This document shows positions 26,884 to 39,614 of a stretch of DNA of 64,000 bases, one piece after another. Origin of the DNA: Camelus ferus (lineage: Eukaryota); NCBI RefSeq assembly GCF_009834535.1, contig NC_045697.1, forward strand, positions 37,202,001 through 37,266,000, in the 5' to 3' direction. Numbering within the stretch: the first letter of the stretch is position 1; the number at the start of each line of letters is the position of its first letter. A program made the translations under genes and the position numbers. Below the pieces are notes generated by a model. The model was given only the letters and a program-made list of their open reading frames with translations. It ran no database searches and was not told the DNA's origin.

Positions 26884-27839
26884 AAAGATGCAGGCAGAGT
26901 TTAGGGAGACAACACAAGAGATGGTGCAGTACCCCAGGGCTAACACCAGCTAGGAGCTGTCACCCTTAGATTTAAAGTGAATGGTTTATGGCAACCAGAG
27001 AGAGGGCCATGTGACAAGGCCTGTGCCTTCACAGAAACCCCCAGTGAACCCACACAGAGGGAGACAGGGGACCGGATACTCCAGCTCCAACTCCCCCGCC
27101 CATTGACCAAACCCAGCCAGAGGACAAGGCAGCCTACAGGTGCAGTCCTCGGGGAGAGCCTGCCAGAGCCCAGCGCAGGGACGAGGGGCAGAGGGAAGAT
27201 ACCCAGCTCATCATCTCATTAAGTTTCTGGGGTCCAATAACATCAGCCTGCCCTCCTGCTGTGCCATGAGTCATTTAATAAAGAAGTAATTAGGGAAAAA
27301 AGCCCTCTGTAAATGTGGAATTAGGTGGCTAATTTTATGCGATGGCAGAAACCAGTGTTGTAAATTCTTCATTGTGTTTTTTGAGTCAGAACTGGATGCA
27401 GCCAAGAGTTTTAGGGATAAGAACCTCCGAACAGGCCCTCGGATACCTGGCAAGGGAGAGCTGGTGGCAGTCTGCTCCTGCCAGGACAATGGTCACGATA
27501 AAACAAGAACTTAGGTGTAAGAAGGAGGGTCATGGGAGTTGAAATTATTGGCATGAAAGCTCTTGGAGGAATCCAATGCATTGAGAGGCCTGTATTTTAA
27601 TGGAATTAATAAAGCCGGATTTTGTTCTGTCCTACATTGTTTTGTGTGGTTTCCTTTAGCAGTTTAGGCAGAAGACCAGTCAGAAGGAGGGGAGGTGGGG
27701 AAATCTGAAGCGGCATCCAGGGGCACTTTAGAGATGCCCAAAGTCAATGAAGACAGCCAGAAATCATGATGAACCCAGCTCCCAATCCTGTGGCTAGAGC
27801 CTGTCTTACCAAAGACGGAGGCCATTTGGTGTTTGGATA

Positions 27840-28052
27840 ACAGCATGATGTGCTGTTGGAAGCAAAGGTTTCAGAGTCCAACTATTAGCTGGGTCACCTT
27901 GAGCAAGTTACATAATCAATAGAATAGTTTCTCGCTCAGTGAAAGGGAGGCAATACCTGTTTCTCCCTAGGGTTGTTTTGTGAATTAAAGGAGATCATGT
28001 ATTAAAAATGCTTGAGACAGTATCTAGCACATAATTGGTGTTCAATAAATAG
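27840..28052 (+). mobile_element. MIR SINE
   Basis: tattagctgggtcaccttgagcaagttac...tagggttgttttgtgaattaaa...tagcacataattggtgttcaataaat. Confidence 0.8.
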
Positions 28053-29839
28053 CATATGTGTGTCTATAAACGTATTCATATATATAGACACATATATGCA
28101 TATCTATTTATAACTAGAACCATCTGGTCTTTATGAGGGGTTGGAGTTGTCATGACTGGTCACAGGGCCCTTTGGCCATGAGAAGAAGGAAGAGGGTGAC
28201 AAAAGGCTCTTCCTTTTTTCTTTCTCTTTCTAGCTACCCATCTCCAAAAACGTTGTCTACTCAAGTTAGCTCTCTTCTTCCAGCTATGTCCCCAATTCTC
28301 CCTGACCCTGTATCCTGACACACATGTATCCACACATGCCCTTGAGAGGTTTTTCTCTTTTAAAAATTCGGATTGAGTAATTAACATACAGTTATTCCTT
28401 TAACAGTAAGTTTTTTGCAATTTAGGATATAACCAAGATTTAGATGCTCCATTTCTCTTCCACTCTCTTCTCCCATCTCACAAATTGCTTTATTGTGAAA
28501 GTGACAGTGTTTTCCCAAAGGTCTGATATGATTTGAGAGCAGAGGTCAGGAAATTCTGTTTGTTACGCTTTCATTTGGCCAGAATGGAACTAAAGATTTC
28601 AATTTAGCGGATATATTTGTTTGTTTCACTTATTACTGACAAGAGAATGTACCTTAGCCTATTCATGAATGTCGGTTTTAAAATGTTATATGTTTTTAAT
28701 ATTTTTAAGGGATTTTGAAATGTGTTGCCTTGGGTGATGAAAGCAAAAAGAAAAGGTTCCACAGCTGTGCCAGCTCCTTAGTAATTTCATTCTTGGGCCC
28801 ATATCCTTGAAAGGTATTGACCCCTACAAACAGCTATTACTGTAAAAGTTGACAGGCGAGTTTAACCTCCTAATTGTATTCAGTGCATCATGCATCTGAC
28901 CTTGCAGAGACAACTTGATGAGTTTCTGCCATATTAATTATTCCATGCGGTTTTGCGATGAATGATCCTTTAACGGTCAGAACCTGGTGGATGAATGCAT
29001 GAAGCCTTTTCAGGCTCCAGGGAAGAAGCCACAATGGCAATTTAAAAGCACCCAACATAAATTTCCACTACCAGCTTTATGGGGTTTTTTTTCCCTAAAA
29101 TGGTGAAAAAAGACCTCTGGAGTGATTTTGTATTTGTCTTACTCTGTTAGTTTTCACAAATTTTTAACAATTTCTTTTTCAAATATCTTTGAAACTATGA
29201 GGCCTTCTCTGAAATGCTCTCCTTCAATTGTTATGCATTTTATAATCAATATATTTGTCACTAAACAATGTTACCTTTGACACCCGACTCTTAACTATGT
29301 CTTAAGTGTTATTAATGAGATCTAATGTGCAAAGGTTTATCTAATTTTCCCTCCTAATATTCTTTGTCTGAGGTTGAGTTTGTCTTTCTAATGAACTAGA
29401 CAGCAGTCATGATCGCTGAGCAGTCTTCCTTCTTACCCATTTGTTGGATTCATGCAATTTACATTTTCCCTCTTCCTCTCCTTCGTCACCTGTGTGTGTC
29501 TTTTTCCTCTCCCTGTACTCAGATTCCTTCCCGAACCATTTTGAGCCATTTCTGAATTCGACCTGAACATTTCCAATGGCTGTGTTTGGAAGGCTTCTCA
29601 GCCCATTTTCACTTAGTGTGTGAGGATATTAAGCGGAAGTCCCTTGTACCAAAACTGGATTCCAGAATCCAATTTTTTCCTGCTCCCTGTCTCCCTCTAT
29701 TGCTTAGTTCTTTTGATTCAACAACTCTCTCTAGCCAGATTTTCTTCAATGACAAACTGTAACTGTATAGAAATCATATAATTCAGATGGAGTCTCAAGT
29801 ATCCCATTTCCATCCCCATGTCTATTTATGCATGTGTGT

Positions 29840-30080
29840 GGGTACTGAGTATGTGCTTTGTGCCAGGCATTGTGTGAAGCAATTTACACTTAATCCGCAC
29901 AACAATCCTGCAACGCAGATACTGGAATGGAGACTTGACTGATGAGCGACAACTTAGAGGGTTGAAATGATTCATTGAATTGGGTTTATTCACCTGAGTT
30001 GATACTAGTGGACCTGAAATTAAAACACAGCTTTCTTTACCTGACTCTAGAGTGTGCTTTTACCCACAACACCATGCTGA
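29840..30080 (-). mobile_element. MIR SINE
   Basis: tactgagt...tgtgccaggcattgtg...taatccgcacaacaatcctg...ctgactctaga. Confidence 0.75.
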
Positions 30081-30137
30081 AAAATGTAAAAACTTAAGGC
30101 ACTTGGGGTTTTGGTGCCTGTCCTGGGTACACTGAGA

Positions 30138-30360
30138 AGCAGTGATAGAGAACTTAAGTTTGGAGCCTGGATTCAAAATCTGTCTCCTTCACTTACTGGT
30201 TGTGTGATGTTGGACAAGTTACGTTACTTTTCTTTACTGTGGTTTCCTCATCTATAAATAGCGAGGAAAATATTAGCAACACAAAACTCCTTGGGCCACA
30301 TGGAGGATCAGGTTCATGTAAAACATTTAGGTCAGCCAGACACATAGTAGGTGCTCTTTA
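30138..30360 (+). mobile_element. MIR SINE
   Basis: cctggattcaaaatc...cacttactggttgtgtgatgttggacaagttac...gtttcctcatctataaat...cacatagtaggtgctc. Confidence 0.85.
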
Positions 30361-31319
30361 AAAGCAACAATGATAAAAACAGCTCAATAAATATTAGCAA
30401 GTATTGTCATTATTGCCAAATAAGCTCCAAAATAGAGCTGATGTGGTGTCGACTCTCAGTGATTGCTGTAAGGATGTTCGTTGAGCCTTTGAAATTCTGA
30501 GGTTCTCTGGTTGTATCTTGCTGATAAAATCAACTTCTTAGTCCTCAGCCTAGAACACAGTGGCAGAAGAGGACCAGGGGACACTTCCTTGGGTGTAGAG
30601 ACTGGGCATGGTATCGAAAGAGCAGGAATGGTAAGTCTTGCCCTTCATCCCCTGCAAAAAGTGTGCGGGTATATGGATAAGACCAGAAGGGGGAATTAAG
30701 CAATCTCGCTTCTATTAACTGGTGCTGCAGGCTTCTTATCCATACTTGGGTAATTAACATATCTAAAGCTCAAGCTCCTTATCCTCTCTAGGAAGAGGAG
30801 GATACCATATCTATGCAAACTAATTTCAGAGAAGGATTAGAGAGCAGCAGCAGAAGTTAAAAATTGAAAGGAGGATTATAGCTTTCTATCACCAATGGAC
30901 TCTCCTCTAGGGAGCAGGAAATGGATAGGGCCAAGCCAGATAGGTAGTTACTAGGGGATGACTAAACGGATATCTGGCAATCGGTAGGATGCTTACTACA
31001 GGCAAGGACTTGCCCTTGACATCATGCAAAGATGAATAAAGAATAAAGTCCTGTCTTAAAGAGGTTACTTGCTCACTTACTTAGCAAGCAAGATATAAAA
31101 CAATAACTAATAATAAAGGAGTTTATATACTGGGTGAGGTATTCAAACCAAAAGGCTAGAGGGCAAATTTTCCAGTTGTAAACCCGAGCTGCACCATTTA
31201 ATTATGTATAGCTGTTATATTACAGGACTTGGTTGGATTAATTTGGTCTCAATCTTCAACAGTGTGTAAACATTTAAGTAGAATTCTTAAGATTTAACCT
31301 AAACTCATTTTGAAAAGTT

Positions 31320-31480
31320 AATTTTAGTTTCCCTGGAGGGTGGGGAGGTCATAGACACTGTTGAGAATTTATCAAAAGTTCTGAAGCATCTCCCAGGAAA
31401 CTGCACAAAACCCTCCAAATCTGCCTATAGTTGTAGAGGTTGACAAAGCCTCTAAAATCCATCCATGAATCCCTAGCAGG
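31320..31480. mobile_element. hAT-Charlie MITE, MER103C-like
   Basis: ggtcatagacactgttgagaattt...catctcccaggaaactgcaca...catccatgaatccc. Confidence 0.6.
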
Positions 31481-31659
31481 AGCAACCATTTTACAGGTAC
31501 TCTGTTACCCATAGTTTCCCAAAACTTACCAGATCTCAGTGATTTTTTGTTATTGTTGTTGTTAGGTTTAGCTGTTTTAAATAATGCTATAGTCGTGATT
31601 TTTGGAATTAAAATATCTTAGAAAACAGAAAAGAACCTCAAAAGGATTTTAAACATATT

Positions 31660-32148
31660 ATGGGAGGAATTGCTATTGGTTCCTCCAATATCTATTGTCT
31701 GCTTCTTCCATAGAAAACTAACTTTCAACTGGGCACAACAAAATGAAGACCACATTTTCCATCCTCTCCAGGTGTTGCCATGTCCCCAAGTTCTAACCAA
31801 TGGCTGTAGATAGAAGTGTTGTGAAGCTGCCTCTGAACCCTCCTCAGCAAAATACTCAAGAGTGCCCTTTTCTTCTCTTTTCTCTCTTCCTCCATCCAGC
31901 TGCTTGAAATATGGATCTGATGGCTGAATGTCCTCTTGGGCTATGAGACAAGGGACACCACCCAGAGGTCACAGATCTGAGAGGAGAAAGCAGCCTGAAT
32001 CTTCAAGGAGCAGGGAGGAGAGCTATCACTGTAGTCTTGGATATTAGCTTCTGGACTTTGACCTAAGAGGGAACAAAACTTCCCTGTTTAAGTTGCTGCT
32101 CTTTTCAGTTTTCCTATTACTTTTAGCTAAACCTAATTCTAATTTACA
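31660..32148 (+). mobile_element. MaLR LTR, MLT1J-like
   Basis: ttgctattggtt...ccaatatc...gaccacattttcc...gccatgt..aagttctaaccaatg...tgtttaag...gctaaacctaattctaatttaca. Confidence 0.85.
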
Positions 32149-32483
32149 GACAGAATCCCTAGCACTTTAAAGCTGGTATCATCTTGCCTCCTGTCATGCA
32201 TTGATGCTAATGAGAATAATCTGTCTTCTCATTCTGGTAGCTTTTAAGGTTACCTCTGTATGTTTTGCAGTTTCTCATCAATGTGTATAGGTGTGGATTT
32301 GTTTTCATCTATCCTGTTAAGTCCTTGGTGTTCCTGATCTCTCATACCCTTTTTTTCAGTCCTGAGAAATTCTCAGCTGTCACCTCTTTGAATACTGTGC
32401 CTTCCTTCACATTTCCTCTAGCCTCCTCTGAATCTCCTCTTCAAAATTTATTGGAGTCTCCCAATCAAGACTTCATGTGTCAC

Positions 32484-32792
32484 TGAATGAACTCATCTTC
32501 AAAACAGAAACAGACTTGCAGACATAGTTAACAATCTTATGGATACTGGGGGAAAGGGGATGGGAAGGGATAAATTCGGGAGTTTGAGATTTGCAAATAT
32601 TAACTACTATATAAAAAAAGATAAGCAAATTTCTTCTGTATAGCATATGAAGTATAGTCAATATTTTGCAATAACCTTTAATGAAAAAGAATATGAAAGT
32701 GAATGTATGTATACATATGTATGGCTGGGACATTGTGCTGTGCACCAGAAATTGATACATTGAAACTAACTGTACTCTAATTAGAAAAAAAA
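32484..32792 (+). mobile_element. Young 5'-truncated L1 3' end
   Basis: tgaactcatcttcaaaacagaaacagact...gggataaattcgggagtttgagatttgca...plus A tail. Perfect 17-bp TSD aagacttcatgtgtcac (32467-32483 / 32793-32809). Confidence 0.95.
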
Positions 32793-34429
32793 AAGACTTC
32801 ATGTGTCACAACTGCACTTCCAATCTTCTTAAAATCTCTGCATTGCATGATTTTTAATTTTATCTTCTTAATACCTCTTTTGATGGTGAACAAACACATT
32901 TATTCCATCCATTGAATTTTTCATTGCATTTTTTCCCCTTGGAATTTCTTGCAGACAATGTACAGTTGAGTTTTGGTTTTTTTAATCAACTCCGATAATC
33001 TCTATCTTTTAATTAGTGTATTTGGACCATTCATATTTAAAGTGATTATTGACGTAGTTGGATTAATACCAACCATGTTTGTAACTCTTTTCTATTTGTT
33101 GCATTTTTCTTTGTTTTTTTCCTCTTCCTTTTCTGTCTTCTTTGATGTTAATTGAGTAGTTTTCATGATTCCACTTTATCTTCCCTCTTAGCATATCAAT
33201 TCTGATGATTGCTTTGTTTCTCTTTAGATTTTTACTTCTCTTTTAATGTGTCTTGCAATTTTTTTGTTGAAAGATGGACATGATATATCAGGTAATAGGA
33301 ACTAAGGTAAATAAGATTTTGGCATGAAGTTCTATGTTAATCTGGCTAAAAGTTGGGCTCTGTTTGTTTTCTGTAGCTACAGCGTCCACAGGTTTCAAAT
33401 TATTTTAGCATCCTTGTTTTTGTCTTTCCTCTTGGCTTCTCTAAAAACTCCTCCTCAGAGAGTCTTCATCTTGCAACTCTTTCAACTGGGAGCCATTGTT
33501 ATTGTGCTGGAGCACTGTGGATGTGTGGAAAGGTGAGGGACAGAGAAAGTGCTCTATAATCTTATTTAATCAAACTGTCTTTTAGTAGGCTGTGTGTCCC
33601 TGAGCTAAGAGTTTCACAAATGTTTCTCAACTTTTTTCCTCTCTTATGGAATAGGAGAGATGTCCTTCTCCCTAGCCAAGATAAGGCCCTGATAAATTCG
33701 TTTCCCCGGAAAATAAGCATTTGCTATGGAAAAAAAAAAAAAAACTCTGGGTGTATTTCATAAGGTTTACTCTTTCCTTCCTCCTGCCTGAGCCACAGAG
33801 AGCTATTTCTCAGATTATGACTGTAAGAACCTGGTGGGGTTCCTAGAGGAAAAACCCATGAAAATGTGGGGGGATCTTCCCGAGACTGAATCCCCAGGAG
33901 TTTTTCACTCTCATTTGTCCATACTCAGTCCCCAGCAACACATCAGAATTACTATTTGAGAATTCCTACCAGGTTATGGCTCCAGCATCTTCTGCCCCAG
34001 ATAATCAAATCTTGGCTATGACTCTCTGAATTCACCTCTCTACTTCTCCGATAGGTTCATGAAAAGTTGTTGATTTTCAATTTGTTCAGCTTTCTGTTGT
34101 TGTAAGTTTAGGAGTGATGACTTTCAAGCTCTTTACATGTTAGAACTGAAACCAGAAGTCATTTGGGGGATTTCTATTAATCTATGTATTCTGCATATTT
34201 TTATTGTCATTATATTATTATTATTATTTCTTCCTCTCTGTATAATGACTTTTGGTTCTTTTTTATGGATGCCAGTCCTTTCTCTATTTCTTAGATGTCT
34301 TTAAATACGCTTACATAGTCATTTTCAGATAGGTCCATTTGAAAAACAAGTGCCAGTGAAATAATAGCCGGTTTCCAGGAGTGAATTGCTCTCTTGATTT
34401 TTATGTTGTTGGCTAACTTCCTTAGATTT

Positions 34430-34548
34430 ATTTTTCCTTTTTTTAAAATTTTTTAATAACCTAAAAAAAAATGGGGGTGCTGGGGTTTGAACCCAGGACC
34501 TCACACAGGCTAAGCACAACCTCTACCACTGAGCTATACCCTCATCCT
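34430..34548 (-). mobile_element. tRNA-Ala-derived SINE (Vic-1-like)
   Basis: ggtgctggggtttgaacccaggacctc...ctaagca..ctctaccactgagctataccctc. Confidence 0.9.
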
Positions 34549-35366
34549 CCCTTCTGTGTTTTAGAATTTTGATTTACAGGTCCATCTTGAGCAGAAGGGC
34601 TTTGTTTTCTTTCTCTAATATCATCCCTCCTTTTATTTTGTGGACGTCTCAATTAGACCCCAGGGGTTCTTGATTAAGAATTCTGCATTTCTGTTGGAAT
34701 CTCAGGGCACCTGTCTTTTGGTGAGGTTGACAACAGCACCTCTCCAGTCACCCACTCCAGCCGGCAGGAGCAGGGACCTGGGTCTGCTTTCTCCCTTTTC
34801 CCCACGTAGGGAGCTTTATATTAGATCCATCTATATTTCAGCTCCATCCATAACTCAGGTGTGGGAGCTCACCTCCCGCTTTGTTTCCTGATTTGCGCTA
34901 CTGATTCATGCCAAATTTACCTTGTTTTGGAATGAGGGATATGTCTGTTTCAGTTTTCTGAAAATTAAATTTTCTTTTAAAATTTGATCTACCATTTATT
35001 TGGAGTAGACCATGGCCTAAAAGCATGAATTTACAGCACCCTCTGGCCCAGAAGACATATTTCAGGTATCTTAGCAACAACTCTATGAAATATACAAAGT
35101 CAGGCTTTCTGCACCCATTTCACAAATGCAGAGAGAGCATAACAGGTGCTCAGCGGCAAGGTTGGAACTGGTGAGAGGGTGGTCTGTCTCCAGCAGGTGA
35201 TATTCATAATTACATCAAACCTGAGATGTTCATAGCTCAGCCTCCAATATTTTTCTTGTTTACAATGGAATCTGGAATGTAATGGAGAAGTTCTACAGTG
35301 GGTAGGCCAAATGTCCCATTTACAACTGAATTGCCAGGTATTTCTACTTTAGAACCAGTGGTTTCT

Positions 35367-35532
35367 TTTTGTTTTCTTTTATAAGTTTCTTTTCTTCTTA
35401 AAATTTTATGCTTCTCATGAAAGGGGTGTAATGAGATTTATTTATTTACTTTTTAACAGAGGTACTGGGGATTGAACCCAGGACTTCATGCATACTAATC
35501 ATGTGCTCTACCGCTGAGGTGTACCCTCCACC
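35367..35532 (-). mobile_element. Full-length tRNA-Ala-derived SINE (Vic-1-like)
   Basis: gaggtactggggattgaacccaggac...gctctaccgctgag with a bipartite tail. TSD tagaaccagtggtttct / tagaagcactggtttct. Confidence 0.92.
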
Positions 35533-36796
35533 TAGAAGCACTGGTTTCTGCTAGAGATTTCTGAGCCATTGGCTGAGTTTCATGACATTCTTTCATTGTA
35601 TCAGTTCCTTCATGTGCTCCATGCTGAGAAACGTGGGTGGATTCCATTTCCTTCTCCTCAATTTTCAGTCACACACAGACAATTTCTAATGACTTCAAAT
35701 CCACTCCACTCAGGCTCCCTCTCTAATCTTAAATCTTTGTCAGATTTCATCACCTAGAGATTGGAGCCCCTGTGCATTTGTGGAGGAGGAAGAAGGGAGG
35801 GGGAGTGTCTATGTTTATACTTTGCTTGATTTTTATGGCCTTCACTACCCAAAGCTGTGTGAAATTGAGGGCAACACAGTTGGCCTGAACCCTGGAGCCA
35901 TCTGTTCAAACTGTTCAAGATATTGGTGGTTGACTGTTTACTAAACAGACTACCCTGAGTGGCAGCCCCAAAGGCTGAGGCCGGGGCTTCTGTTAATCGT
36001 TAGGCATTTAACAAACAGTTGGGGCCTTGCTGGCTTTGCTATCATTGCTTTCAGAAGCAACGTTCCATCTCCTGCCGTCAGCCACAGAGCGAGAGATGGG
36101 CTTGCTGCTGTGTTGACGGTGAGGATTTCCAGCAGGCTTGGGCTGCCCCACCCAAGCAGTGGTGGGCATGTCATTCTGCAGGAGATGTGACATGTGTGCT
36201 TTTGTTGTTGACTTTATCTTTGCCAGCACACGTGGGTGTCTAACGTTGGCTGGGAAGCTGTGCTCTAGGGTGGAGCAAAGGTTTAATTTTGTTGACAATT
36301 TAATGCTGGGAGAGATATGTGCTTTGGTGAGGTCTCTCCCTTGAAACTTTTGCCCTTTCTCTAATCCTTTGCGTAAATACTGCCTTGAAAACCATGTATG
36401 AAGTATCTGCGAAAGCATGTGAAACTGTTGGTAAACAGTCATGATGAATAACACTTACTCATGGTCATATTGTTGAGCCTGAGTTTCTTTTTCATGGGAT
36501 TTACTGTCTGGTGCAAATCTTTGTGAAACGGCAGGCACAAAGTTGAACCCCTCTGCCTAATTCTTTTGACAGATTAGAGTTTGTGACAGAAAGGGCAATT
36601 CAGCCTTGGGAATGGCATGGATGTGAAAAACTTCTCCCAAAGTTTCTGTATTTCAAATAGCAATAATTACTAATTGAAAGTATAAAACCATGAAAATAAT
36701 CATGAAGTCACAGAAAGTTGGACACAGCCCAGGACAATCCAAATTTCTGGTTAAAGAGGGAAAAGGAAAATTTGGAGGCAAGTGAGCCTCAGATAT

Positions 36797-37000
36797 AATG
36801 GTGTGCAGGAGCTGGCTGGCATGGCTCTTAAGAGCATTTTGTTTTTCTCTCTCCTCAGCTCTGTTTTGGGGTCGATAAGTTTGGTGGCTTCAAATCAGCT
36901 ATAGTCAGAGTATTTACTGCAGTGAAATCGTCAAATGCTACCAATCAGGGCTTTCCCCTACAGAGAGCCAATTGTTAAACGTTTACTAGTGTATTGCTGA
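36797..37000. mobile_element. hAT-Blackjack MITE, MER63-like
   Basis: tggtgtgcaggagctggct...caaatgctaccaatcagggcttt...gagagccaattgttaaacgtttactagtgtattgctg; degenerate TIRs. Confidence 0.7.
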
Positions 37001-37079
37001 ATGTGGAAGACTAGTTCTTAATTTCAGTTCCAAAGAGGGATAGAGGTTATATCATTTCACAAATTAAAAACATGTCACA

Positions 37080-37613
37080 AACAAGCTAAATGTCCTTCGA
37101 CAGATGACTGGGTAAAGAAGTTGTGGTATAGTTATACAATGGAAAACTACTCAGCCATAAAAAAGAATGAAATAATGTGGATGGACCTGGAAATTATTAT
37201 TCTAAGTGAAGTAAGCCAGAAAGAGAAAGAAAAATACCATATGATATCACTCATATGTGGAATCCAAAAAAACCCAAAAGACACAAATGAATTTATTTAC
37301 AAAACAGAAACAGACCCAAAGACATAGAAAACAAACTTATGGTTAATGGTGGGGAAGGGATGAATTGGGAGTTGTAGATTTTCAGATACTAACTACTACA
37401 TATAAAATAGATAAACAGCAAATTTATACTGTATAGCACAGGAAACTATATCTAATATCTTGTAATAACCTATAACAAAAAAGAATATGAAAACATATGT
37501 AAGTGTATGACTGAAACATTATACAGTACACCAGAAACTGAGACAACATTGTAAACTGACTATACTTCAATTAAAAAAAAAGTAAAAAAGCAAAAGCAAA
37601 GAAACAAATCAAA
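37080..37613 (+). mobile_element. 5'-truncated L1 (ORF2 C-terminus plus 3' UTR)
   Basis: ORF 37121-37327 WYSYTMENYSAIKKNEIM-WMDLEIIILSEVSQKEKEKYHMISLICGI corresponds to the L1 ORF2 end. A-rich tail. TSD aaaaacatgtcaca / aaagacatgtcaca. Confidence 0.95.
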
Positions 37614-37854
37614 AAAGACATGTCACAGTTAAAGAGATGTTCACAGAAAAGTAACAAGAGTTTGACTCCATGACATGCCTGAGTCAATATATAACCTCTG
37701 AATTTAAACTCAGTCCTTCTTTCTGCATAAAAACACATTATATACGAAATAAAGCCATTTTAGAGATCTGAGGTGGTGATGCAGGGAGTATATACAGTGT
37801 AAGCAACTGACAGATCTTAGCCATTATATGCTGCTTGGTTTTATTGGTTTTGCT

Positions 37855-39330
37855 CATTTTATTCATTCCTTATTCATATAACAAAACATACTGGGTACCT
37901 CCTGTATGTTATGTCAGCTGATAAACAGAAACAGACATGGCTACTGTCTTCATGGCACTACAGTCTAGAAGAAAAAACAGATATTAATCAAATTGGCATA
38001 CAGAAGCATATAATTACAAACTATAGTAGATTTTATAAAGGGAAAGCAGAGGGTGCTAAGAAAACATAAATTAATGATTTGATCTAGACAGACAGCCGAC
38101 GGGTGGGAGAGGTGTCAATGAGAAAGTATGGACTGCACTAATTCTGAAGGACTGGTAGGAGTTTAACGTGGTGAATGCCAAGTGGGTGATAGAGGAGGTT
38201 TAAGCAGAGAGAACAAGTGTGCATAGTCCTGCAATGTATAGTAACACATGTTCTTTTAAGAAAATTAAAGGTGGGCTGTACAGCGGGGGAACATGGGGCA
38301 GGGGTGGTGGCACTCAACGAGCTATGTTAATACATTTATATTAGTCTAAGAGGTGCAGAAGACTATTGGATCATATTTGTGCTTTCTTCAAAAGAAAATT
38401 CACGTTGGCTACAATATAGAGAACTGATTGGAAGAGGAAGAGAGGAGATAAGGATACAAGTTTAAGGCTATTATTGCATATTCCAGGTGAGAAATAATGG
38501 AATCCTGGACAAGGATAATGGCAGGAGTGATGAGGTTAAGGAGGTACATTGAAGAGATGTTTAGGATAGAAAATTGAAGATACCTGATGATGCATTACAT
38601 ATAGGGGTAGCAAGAAGGAGGGGCCTTGTCAAGGATGACCCTGAGATTTTTGGCTTTGGAGATTGAATTGATCATTTCTCTGCTTACTAAGACTGAGAAC
38701 CAGAAGTGGGGCAGACGCGATGAGTCTGGATTTCGATATGTGGAGTTAAAGTACATTTTCAACATCTATAATGCAGATGTCTAGTAGATCCTTTGGAGAT
38801 ACAGATTTGGAGCAGCATGGAGATGTCTAGAGCTATCTGAATGTGGGTGGTAACTGAGGCCATGGTCACAATGAGGTCCTCCAAGGGGAGAGTTACAGAG
38901 TGAGAAGAGGAGAGGGCCCACGAGTTACCCTGAGAAATGTAAATATTTAATGACCCAGTAGAAGAGCATGAGCCTGCAAAGGAGTGATGGAGTAGTCAGG
39001 GAGGAAAATCAAGAGAGACGGGGCTGAGGTGAGAAAGGGGATTAACCAGAGTAAATGGATCTTGTTGAGGGGAATGAAAATGTTGTAAAACTGATTTATG
39101 GTGATGGTTACATCACTTAGTAAACTTACTAAAAAGCACCGAATTGGACAGTTGAAGTAGGTGATTTTTATGATATATAAAAGATACCTCCATAACCCTA
39201 CTAAACAACAACAGTGACAAGAGAGTGTGGAACGAAAGAAAAGAAAGGATGGGAGTCTTTCAAGAAGGTAGAGGTTCATGTGGGTTAAATGTAGATAAGT
39301 TTAGTAAGATAAAGACTAATGATCATTAAC
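37855..39330 (-). mobile_element. Long L2 LINE fragment, with an old L1M 3' end inserted at ~39025-39200 (+)
   Basis: attcattc...aacatactgggtacct...acagtctag; aggctatt...tccaggtgagaaataatgg; gtcaaggatgac...tttggc. The insert has gaaaatgttgtaaaactgatttatggtgatggtt. Confidence 0.85.
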
Positions 39331-39434
39331 AAATTGAGAACTTTCAACAGACATGTTAATGAAAAAACAATGGTCCAATATTGAATAATGTAATACTGTA
39401 AAAATACTGACCTAGATTTTTAAATGATATCTTC

Positions 39435-39614
39435 CAGATAAACAGCAAGGTCCTGCTATATAGCACAGGGAACTATATTCAGTACCTTGTAACGGCCTAT
39501 AATGAAAAAAAATATGAAAAGGAATATATATGTATAACTAAATCACTATGTTATACACCAGAAACTAACACAATATTGTAAATTGACTATAGTTTAATTT
39601 TTTAATTTTAAAAA
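39435..39614 (+). mobile_element. 5'-truncated L1 3' end
   Basis: ataaacagcaaggtcctgctatatagcacagggaactatattca... Perfect 14-bp TSD taaatgatatcttc (39421-39434 / 39615-39628). Confidence 0.93.

Larger units (their letters stand above)
26155..27200 (-). mobile_element. Old ERVL-class LTR (family uncertain) split by a SINE and an L1
   Basis: tgtatt...agatggctcatgccaaacgggtatttaggagagttt|aacaaagggaac..tttacaaagat..ggcaggg|...gatggtgcagtaccccagggcta. Reads continuously once the inserts are removed. Confidence 0.65.
32150..34620 (-). mobile_element. Composite of old L1M fragments (interrupted by a young L1 and a SINE)
   Basis: T-rich L1M-type motifs: ctgagaaattctcagct; gataatctctatcttttaattagtgtatttggaccattcatatttaaagtgattattga; aaaagttgttgattttcaatttgttcagcttt...aaaccagaagtc. 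Confidence 0.75.

Noticed and set aside
37121..37327. 68-aa ORF as a gene
   Set aside because: C-terminal remnant of L1 ORF2 in a 5'-truncated insertion.
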